Positions 55,209 to 64,000 of a stretch of DNA of 64,000 nt are shown piece by piece (position 1 is the first letter of the stretch; every line of letters begins with the position of its first letter). The notes below the pieces were generated by a model. The model did no database searches, was not told the origin of the DNA, and was given only the letters and a program-made list of their open reading frames with translations. This stretch comes from Histomonas meleagridis 2922-C6/04-290x (taxonomy: Eukaryota; Protista; Parabasalia): the NCBI GenBank assembly GCA_020184695.1, contig JAANOX010000241.1:419450-483449 (forward strand). Direction: 5' to 3'. The translations under genes and the position numbers were made by a program.

Positions 55209-55604
55209 TTATTGAGAAATTTCACCAATTATTACTTTCCAGCATTTTTCAAATGTATTTCCTATATTTCTTCGGAAGCACCATTCATGGATATATGATT
55301 CGAGATTATTTCTATCTCTAAATCCATGTTTTATAAAAAATCCTTTTATGAGATTAAATGAACCTTCTATTTTTTGAGTATTCGCCTCAGTAATTGGATC
55401 TACGAAATTTTCTGAATGTGCTGCAGCACCATCAGGGTAACTTGGTGAGAAATAAACTTTCATTAACGATTGACATTTCGGACATATTTGAATTTGATAG
55501 ATATCAGGAATGATTCCCTGCTCAGAAGCCCATTTGATGAAGCTTTTGTTATTGGATTTTAATACTTGCTTAATAATTTCGAATTTCATATTGGCCAAAT
55601 ACAA
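55209..55604 (-). mobile_element. Internally deleted Merlin/ISXO2 (IS1595-like) transposase
   Basis: N-terminal CPKC...YPDG zinc-ribbon start fused to HSENFVDPITEANTQKIEGSF...LESYIHEWCFRRN, typical of the ISXO2 C-terminus. The central catalytic region is absent. Confidence 0.72.
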
Positions 55605-55883
55605 CTTATTTCATAAAAAAAGCTTTTTTTATTTAATTTTAAGAAAGAATTAGAAGATCAAATTCTCAATTAAAGAATTTTTTTATCCACTAGTAAACAA
55701 ATGAAGAATTTTGACTGTAATTGATATAATTTATTTAAGTAACATGCATTTTATTATAAATGTTTAACTATTTCACGAATTTGAACAAAAAATTTCTCCA
55801 AACACCTTCCAAATAGTTATTTTTGTACTTTATACCAAATTTGAATATTATAGGAATTGGTCTGAGGTTGTGTAATTGATCAA

Positions 55884-57172
55884 TTAAATAAGTGCTTTAT
55901 CAAATATTTTAAATAATTTCCAAATATTATTTTGAAATAGAAAATTATTAAAATAAATATCAAATAAAACAAATAAATATCTTTAGCATTAATATCAATA
56001 TCTTTTTGTTCAAGAAGTAATTTAACTATTTCTATATGATCATTTGAAGATGCTAAAATAAGTGCTGTATCAAATAATTCAAATAACTTCCAAATATTTT
56101 TTTGAATTTTTTAAAATATTAAAACATATTTTAAATGAAACGAATAAACATCTTTAACATTAATATCATTTTCTTCTTGTTCAAGGAGTAATTTAACTAT
56201 TTCTGTATGACCATTTTTAGATGCTAACATAAGTGCTGTCCAAAATATTTTCAATAATTTCCAAATATTATTTTTGAATTATTTAATTACACAAACAAAC
56301 ATCAAATAAAATAAGTAAAAAAATCTTTAGCATTGATATTAATTCTTTCTTGTTCAAGGAGCAATTTGACGATTTTAATATGATCATTTTTTGATGCAAT
56401 TATTAACGCTGTTTGGAACAATATAAATAATTTCCAAATATTATTTTGAAATATAAAATTATTAAAATAAATATTAAATAAAACAAATAAATATTTTGAG
56501 CATTTACATCAATATCTTTTTGTTCAAGAAGTAATTTAACTATTTCAGTATATCCACTTTGAGATGATAATATAAGTGCTGTATAAAATATTTTAAATAT
56601 TTTTCAAATATTATTTTGAAATATAAAATTATTAAAATAAATATCAAATAAAACAAATAAATATCATTATCATTAATATCAATATCTTTTTGTTCAAGAA
56701 GTAATTTAACTATTTCTGTATGACCATTTTCAGATGCCCAAATAAGTGCTGTTTTAAATAATTTAAATAATTTTCGAATATTATTTTGAAATAAGAAATT
56801 ATTAAAATAAATATAAAATAAAACAAATAAATATCTTTGGCATTAATATCGTTTCCTTCTTGTTCAAGAAGTAATATAACTATTTCTGTATGAACATTAT
56901 AAGATGCTAATATAAGCGCTGTATTAAATAATTTAAATAATTTTCGAATATTATTTTGAAATAAGAAATTATTAAAATAAATATAAAATAAAACAAATAA
57001 ATATCTTTATCATTAATATCAATTCCTTCTTGTTCAAGAAGTAATTTAACTATTTCTGTATGACCTTCTTCAGATGCTTTAATAAGTGCTGTTTTAAATA
57101 TTTTAAATAATTTCCAAATATTATTTAGAAATATAAAATTATCAAAATAAATTTTAAATAAAACATATAAAT
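55884..57172 (-). repeat. Interrupted ankyrin array C: 8 units
   Basis: Unit starts 57092, 56922, 56752, 56582, 56412, 56239, 56068, 55898 (170x4, 173, 171, 170). Seven full units are stop-free in the repeat; the last reads KALI*. Confidence 0.92.
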
Positions 57173-58318
57173 ATCTTTAGTATTAACATCGATTCCTTTT
57201 TGTTTTAAAACGTATTCAACAAGTTCAATATTTCCTGATTCAGCTGAAAATACCAATATATCATGCGGAATTGAATGATCTTTAAGAAAATATTTAACTA
57301 AAGAAATATTTCCAATAATTGCTGCTTCATTAATAATATCATCATTGATTTTCATTCCTTCTTTAAGTAAAAATGAAAATATTTCGGAGTTATGATATGA
57401 AATACAAAGTTTTCCTAATTCTTCTAAATTGTTAATTTCTTTTAATTTATTATCATAAAAATATTTAAAGATATCATTTCGATGAAATTCAATTGCTGTT
57501 TCATACACATTTTCATGTGATGAATGATTTTGTTCGCATAAATGAATGATTTCTTCATTCCCACCTACAACTGCATATTTACCTGTATGATAAACATCTG
57601 AACCATTCATAAGTAAATATTTGAAACATTTTATTGCAGAAAAAAATGCTGCATAATCAATTAATGTAACATTTTTTTGATTAATAAAAGAACATCTTTC
57701 ATAAAGTGATTTTGGAATTGTTTGATCAAAATCAAATTTTGTTTGTGATGATATTTCTTGAAGTTTTTCTATTTCATCATTTCGAATTATTTTCGCAATT
57801 TCATTTGGATTATGTCCTTCTTTAATATATTGTTTATGAAGTTCCCAATCATTCTTTGAAAGTTCTTCATAATTTACAAAATCATGTTCCCTTAAATAGA
57901 TTGCTAATTCTTCTTTAGACATGTAATGCGCAAAATAAGCACTCTGGTTGTTTTTAACAATGTTTGGTTCAAGAAAATTATGTTCAATCATAACTTCAAG
58001 GAGATATGATGATTCATGTGTATGTTTATTCTTAAGAAATCGTCCAAATATATTAAATATATTCGATTTGATTTTATTTCTCTCTTCAAATTTTCTTATT
58101 TCTTTTATGATATTCAAAAATAAATCTACATCATTGTTTTTAATTACAAATGAATAATATATCATTTGAATAATAATTAAATCATAAGATAAAGGATGGA
58201 TTTCATCAAATTTGTTGATTATAAAACCTAAAGATTTCGAGGAATTTTTTTCATTCAAACTAAAAATTGCTTGATTTATTGATAGAAATGTTTCCCAGTT
58301 GTAATGTTCCTTTGGCAT
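57125..58318 (-). CDS. DUF3447-type ankyrin protein, head ORF of array C
   Basis: Same motifs as 29142-30359. The ORF ends GIDVNTKDIYMFYLKFILIILYF* inside the first spacer. Confidence 0.85.
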   Translation of the reverse strand: MPKEHYNWETFLSINQAIFSLNEKNSSKSLGFIINKFDEIHPLSYDLIIIQMIYYSFVIKNNDVDLFLNIIKEIRKFEERNKIKSNIFNIFGRFLKNKHTHESSYLLEVMIEHNFLEPNIVKNNQSAYFAHYMSKEELAIYLREHDFVNYEELSKNDWELHKQYIKEGHNPNEIAKIIRNDEIEKLQEISSQTKFDFDQTIPKSLYERCSFINQKNVTLIDYAAFFSAIKCFKYLLMNGSDVYHTGKYAVVGGNEEIIHLCEQNHSSHENVYETAIEFHRNDIFKYFYDNKLKEINNLEELGKLCISYHNSEIFSFLLKEGMKINDDIINEAAIIGNISLVKYFLKDHSIPHDILVFSAESGNIELVEYVLKQKGIDVNTKDIYMFYLKFILIILYF

Positions 58319-58619
58319 GTAGAAAATATTAATTACGGATGTGCCAATTCAAATTTGAACCATGGAAAAATGAACAATTTCAATTCTTCACAATTTTACT
58401 AGTTTATCAAAAAGTTGCATACTACTCGAACGACGATCAAAAGAAATTTTGAATACTTGAAAACATTCTTGGTTTTTTTTAATCGATTTTCTAGTATGAA
58501 ATTAATTCTTTTAGATAATTTTTAATATACATAATTAACATTGGCTAAACTATGTATTGATAATATTTAATTGAATTTTTGATGACAGCGATTTGTCGTT
58601 TCAGAAGTACTTAAATTAC

Positions 58620-60348
58620 TTTATTTAGCAGCTCAAACAAGTTGCTGTAACAGAAGATATGTATTCAAATGTACATTTCATGGAAGAAGATTAGGTATGA
58701 TTAAAATCCATTGTACTTCTTATCTTGTCTTAATAAGTACTTACATAAACGATGTTCAATATTTTACATTTGATCAGCTCAATTCAGAATTTCAACATCA
58801 TCATTCAATTTCTGACGATTTTTACGAAGCGCACAGAAATATGTCAACTGAAAAGATAATAAGGGAGGTTGATCAACAACAAAAATTAGGTGTTCCTTCT
58901 TTAACTATAAGGACAAATTTAAATATTGTAATGAGCTCAAATAATTTTTATAATTTCAGAAGAGATATTATTCAGCAAGAAAAATTTGAAAATCTTGATA
59001 TGTTATTTCATAAGCTTCGAAATATTCGGAATTTACATTTTAATATTACATAAAAATGCTAATAATGAATATTATTTATTAGCACCAATTCATTTAAAAG
59101 TAATTAACACAAATTATTGGGGTGATGTAATTAATATCGGTGATACACAATGTTCAGACATCTATAATATTCCTCTAATTGCAATAGTTACAATTGATCC
59201 TGATGACCATCCTCAAATCTTTTCAAATGGTTTTATTACCAGATAAAACAGAAAACTCGTTTAAATTATTTATGAATGATATTAAACCATTTACACAATA
59301 AACGATTCATTAAATATTATGGATAGATATATGGTACATTCAATGCAGCACATAATATATTTCCTGAAGCAATTATTGGATTTTGCTTAGTACACATTTA
59401 AAGAAATCTTGAATCTCTCCACGACAATGAATTAATGAATATCTTTTTCCGAATGAAAAATAATATACAACTTTGTGAAAGTTTATAGAATATTTGACAA
59501 ATAAAATGAATAACATGGAAAATTCACCTGGAAAAAAACTTTTAAGTAATTTAATTAATTATAAACAACATCGGTTGCCATTGGATATGACTTTAGAAGG
59601 CATTCCTGTGACTCATTTGAATACGTAAAAAGTTGAATGTGTTTTTTCATAATTTGAATTAAATTACTTATTGAATAACATTATAAATTTAACAAAATCT
59701 ATCAAAAGATTGAATAATCTCTCCAATATATTATTAATTCGATCAATTTGTCAAGAAACAATGTTATGAATGATAAAATCAAAATTAGAATTCATAATAA
59801 AAATGATAAAGTTGGACTATTATATAAAAAAGTAGTAACAGATGAATATTTAGAAAACAGAATATGTCCTCAAAATTATAATGACATTTGTTGTTAGTGT
59901 ATTTGCAGAATACATAATCCTGAATATGCAATACCATGTAGGGATATTCTAAATAATAATATAATAAAATTTGAAGAAATACCATTAAGATATATTAAAA
60001 AAGAATCAGAAGAAATAAAAGAAAACTCAGAAATTATTCAAACCAATGTTGAGAGTAAAAATGATTATGGTACAATAATGGCAAAAATTGCACCATATGC
60101 TTCAATTGCACATAGAGATAATAGAGTATATATGCTATTCGAAAATTTATTTCAAGAAGCAGAACAAATTAAAACCATGCCTAATGAATAGATGCCTTTA
60201 ACAATATCTCAGAAAGGACGTGCAAACACGAATTTATCGAAAAACTTTCCATTTGGTAAGAAACAATTAAAGGGTAAAAAATATAAATGTAGCTATTGTG
60301 GCAATTATGGTCATAATATAAAAAAATGTCCATTGCTTAAGAAAAAAT
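58620..60348 (+). mobile_element. Degenerate MULE (Mutator-like) transposase
   Basis: GDVINIGDTQCSDIYNIPLIAIVTIDPDDHPQI (first-Asp region), MDRYG...IIGFCLVHI (D-x18-CxxH-like), and C-terminal CSYCGNYGHNIKKC zinc knuckle ending at 60348. Multiple frameshifts and stops. Confidence 0.78.
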
Positions 60349-60700
60349 AAAAAATTAATTGATTGTTTAATTTATTTAAATGATAGAATTGTTATGTAAT
60401 TACATGTAATTGATTCATAAAGTGTGAAAATGTAATGTAATTGTGTTGTTTCGGATTTAGTTAATTAGCTAATAAACACCGAATTATTGGGAAATAAGGC
60501 GCCAAACACACACACACACAGCGCTATGTGAGCTTCGTGCTACGCACTCGCTCCCACTCGCGCTACATAAACTAAAGGATGAACGGCTAAAATCGATTGA
60601 ATTATCATAAATCGGTTGGTTTTGATTGAAAGTAATAAAATATATTTAAATTCATGATGACATTTATATTTAAAATGTGTGAGGCATTAATCCGGCTGAG

Positions 60701-60762
60701 TTGTTGTTAATCCTATGTGGATTTTAGTGTTTTGTTGTTAATCCTATGTAGATTTTAGTGTT
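60701..60762. repeat. Tandem duplication of a 31-bp unit
   Basis: TTGTTGTTAATCCTATGT(G/A)GATTTTAGTGTT twice, one mismatch. Confidence 0.9.
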
Positions 60763-60847
60763 TGGAGCTTAAAGTTGTTATTAACTGAGGTTTTGAATGT
60801 AAAAAGTACCTTTTAATTTTCAAAGATGTTTTTTTAACCCTTTTTTT

Positions 60848-61029
60848 AACCCTTTTTTTAACCCTTTACGAATCGGAGAAAATGAGCATTTATTGAAGGA
60901 TTTAACGCAAAAGTTGAATGACAAAAAAATAAATTATTTTCAAACGAAACCGTAAAGTTTTTTTAATTTTGTAAAATCATCCGAAAAACGCTTATTTTAT
61001 CCGATTCGTTAAGGGTTAAAAAAAGGGTT
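60848..61029. repeat. 44-bp inverted repeat with 94-bp spacer
   Basis: 60848-60891 versus reverse complement of 60986-61029: 40/44 identical. Confidence 0.88.
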
Positions 61030-61039
61030 CATTTTTTTA

Positions 61040-62110
61040 TTTTTTTAACCCTCAAAAATTTTGTGTCACTTTTGGTGTCACTTTTTGTGTAAATTTTCAT
61101 ATCACATGTCTGTGTCACTTTTATATAAACATTTCACATAACATTTCTGTTTTTTTCATTTTCACATGTCGTTTCCGAAAAATCATTTCATATAACACGT
61201 CATTACTTTTCATATAACATGTCATTGCTTTTCATATCACATGTCAGTTGATGAAAAAATTAACGTTCGTAATAGAATCCGTTTATGAAAAATTAACTGA
61301 CGGAGAAAATGACGGTTGATGAATTTGAACAACCGCTGAAAAAGTGAATTGTGAAAAATATACTTTTTTTAACGGTTTTCAAAAAAATTTTCTTAACGGT
61401 TTTCTGTTTGATTTTTGGTATAAATTAACGGACGGAGAAAATGACGGTTGATGACTTTGACGGATAATTGAATTGTTGTAAAATGTGTTGTAAAAAATAT
61501 TCGAATAGATAAAGAAAAATATCTACGATGAATGGCAAATGTAAAAATTTTTGAATTGACATTGAATTTAGTGGCAAAACGATTAATAATTGAATGAGTA
61601 CTGAAAAATTGGCGGGCAAAATGATTTGAATGAGTTCTGAAAAAGTTAATTTTGCATTGAAATCTTAAAACGCGTGTTTCTCCACACAGGAGCATTTTTT
61701 TTTCAATGACGTAAAAAGTAAAGTATTGAATTATTTTACAATGAAAAAAATTTTAGTGGTAATTGAACGTTAAGGATGAAAAATTGGCGGGCAAAAATGA
61801 TATTTGAATGAGTTCAGAAAACAAGATTTGAATGATGTTTTCAATTAGTGTCAAACGTAAAATTTTTTGAATCGACATTGAATTTAGTGGCAAACGTAAA
61901 AAATATTTTATGACGAAGTTTATGACGAAGGATAATGTGAACGTTAAGGATGAGTGTTAGAGTCGAACGTTAAGGAAAAATGAAATGTTATGTGAAATAC
62001 AAGGAAGAGCAAAAAAAATGTTCAAAAATTAAATTCAATAGGTTTGGGAATCGAACTTGAGGCGTTGATAAAAAACGCTACGTAAGGGAATTGAACGTAA
62101 GGCGTTCATT
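61040..62110. repeat. Non-coding region of dispersed short direct repeats (possible Maverick terminal region)
   Basis: Pairs at ~61290/61422, ~61558/61874 and ~61602/61777; GAACGTTAAGGA three times; TTTTCATATxACATGTC repeats at 61075-61250. Confidence 0.7.
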
Positions 62111-62190
62111 GAAAAAGTGAAAAACTGACATTGAAATTTAAAAATTAAAATATCTCGTTATGTGATAGTTATTTTTATATAATTTACATA

Positions 62191-62604
62191 TCAAACGTCA
62201 GTGATTCGTTTTACGATATCATTTCTGGCTTTCATAAATCTATTATTTAATTCTGCAGGAGCAATATTTACAAGTTTCTTTTCATTTGTTTTAGTAAGAA
62301 TGTTATCGGTAAACTTTAAATTTACTGATTCAAGAAGTTTTAAATTCTTATCATAAAATTTAACGCCTACAAGAATATTATTATGAAGTATAGGTTTATT
62401 TGTTGGTTTATCTATCTTCACTGTTGTATTATGATTATATTTGAACTCAACGGCGGCGTAAGGCGTCTTGCCGGAGCAAGACTTGTCTTGCGACTTAATT
62501 TTATATTCTGATATCAAATAATCTTGGAATGATTCGAGTCCTTGACTCTCAGAGAACGAACGGCTCTCTGAGCCTGAGCTCCTTTGGAGCGAAGTTCTTT
62601 CCAT
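62191..62604 (-). CDS. Hypothetical 137-aa ORF, likely an accessory gene of the Maverick-like element
   Basis: ATG-started ORF head-to-head (40 bp) with the packaging-type ATPase; no motif recognised. Confidence 0.45.
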   Translation of the reverse strand: MERTSLQRSSGSESRSFSESQGLESFQDYLISEYKIKSQDKSCSGKTPYAAVEFKYNHNTTVKIDKPTNKPILHNNILVGVKFYDKNLKLLESVNLKFTDNILTKTNEKKLVNIAPAELNNRFMKARNDIVKRITDV

Positions 62605-62644
62605 TTATTAACGGTAAAAAATTTATTTTTATAAATAAAAAATA

Positions 62645-63290
62645 ATGCGAAAAATTTCTTTAAAAGAGGTTGATAAAAAATTTGATGAGATAGAAGAATT
62701 GTTTGATAAATTAGAAAAACAAAACAAAGAAATTTTAGAAAACGCGAAAATAAAACCAATACATGAAAAATTCTTATTTGCTCAAAACGGAATAACAGCT
62801 TTTATAGCGCCGATGGGTTCAGGCAAATCATATCTTTACGTTAAACTCGGAGCGAAACAAGAAGTACTATTTAACGAACCGTTTTTTGAATTAATAACTA
62901 TTTGTAGTACATCCTCAAAATTTGATGAAACAGTAAATACTTATAAGGAAGCAATAAAGAAAACGAAACTTGTTGCGATAAAAGATACTGATTTGTTAGA
63001 CTGGATTAATAAATATATTCGGAGAATTTTAAAATATAATTCTATCATTAAATATATCAATTCTGATTTTAAGAAAACGGATGAAGAAGTAGAAAGATTA
63101 TTTATGAAATATAATTTGAATAACTCAAAGAAGAAATTAAAATACATTTCTGAAAAGTTAGCGAAATATCAATGGAAAACTTATCCGCATAGATGTTTGT
63201 TGATATTAGATGATTTTTACTAATTATCCTTTGCTGAGTATTAAAGAAACGGAGATGTCAAGATTAAGATAAAATGAATGTCGTTAATTG
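62645..63290 (+). mobile_element. Truncated A32-like DNA-packaging ATPase of a Maverick/Polinton-like element
   Basis: Walker A APMGSGKS and Walker B LLILDDF. A frameshift at GATTTTTACT (~63212-63221) continues as TNYPLLSIKETEMSRLR* in another frame; downstream sequence is degraded. Confidence 0.65.
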
Positions 63291-64000
63291 GTTCTGATTA
63301 AAGACCAATTAACTTCTTCCGTAGATAAAAAAGCGACAAAAGCGCCGAACGTGTTTTAGACACAGGTCGAGATTTCAGATAAAACTCAACATCTCAGATT
63401 CGAAGCAGGCGATAAATTTAAAACAATGGATCAAACACAGACAAAAAATTTGGGTAGCAACAAAGATGTCAATGAAACTAGGCCAATGAAACCTCAACCA
63501 AAGAGTAGTGATTCCTGGATTAATGTGATTCATTAAATGATGATTTACTATTTATTATGTAGTGAAATGCGTAGACTGAACGAGCTCTTAGGAGCTGTTC
63601 TTCGGAGCTGAAAGCAGAAAGTGTTTTGGTAGAGGAAAAGCGAAAATGTTGATGAAGAAGAAAGCATCATGAGTGTTAAGATGTAAAAAAGCGGTAAAAT
63701 TATTTGAAGAAGAAATTATGAACGCTGTGCTAAAAGGTGAAAATGATTTTTTCAGACGTCATTTCAAGAACGGTAGCGCTGAGATTCATCCGAAAGTCAA
63801 GCTCAACGGTTGATCAAAAATAATTAAAAACAACAACTGACAGTGGGTTATTTATCAAACGATCAATTATTAATGGAATATAATTCGTTAAATTCCACGA
63901 TTAGATAAGTGTAGGTAAGCATAAGCAGAGCGTAATCGTTTAAAGATGATGTTTATGTTGATGCTTTCCAGGATTATTAGGTCGAACAAACAAGAAATGA

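Noticed and set aside
2425-63147. Numerous 60-140-aa ORFs antisense to or nested in long genes
   Set aside because: Expected shadow ORFs; mostly non-ATG starts and no independent motifs.

Overview
AT-rich eukaryotic genomic DNA, most consistent with a parabasalid (Trichomonas/Tritrichomonas-like). This is an inference from compact intronless genes, BspA-type LRR surface proteins, DUF3447-ankyrin genes and Maverick-like remnants. Housekeeping genes include CK2 beta, an R2R3 Myb, an ankyrin-RING ligase, a Dpy-30-motif protein, a Rab, VPS8-like, importin-beta-like, CDC123, a GT31-like glycosyltransferase, Raptor, TFIIH p52, IFT46, AP-3 mu, Fused/STK36 and one tRNA-Met. The last ~11 kb holds transposon remnants (Merlin/ISXO2-like, MULE, Maverick/Polinton-like ATPase). 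The most striking structure is a family of interrupted ankyrin arrays. Three DUF3447-ankyrin head ORFs (29.1-30.4, 43.1-44.2, 57.1-58.3 kb) each stop just after their first ankyrin repeat. Each is followed by 8-13 tandem units with a mostly exact 170-nt period: about 30 codons of ankyrin repeat plus an ~80-nt AT-rich spacer, usually hairpin-forming. Nearly every spacer shifts the frame or carries a stop, and I found no consistent GT-AG pair that restores frame. The repeat-coding parts of two arrays are stop-free and vary mainly at ankyrin binding positions. This suggests non-canonical intron removal, translational recoding or a cassette library; none is demonstrated. All family calls are by motif recognition; no database searches were run.
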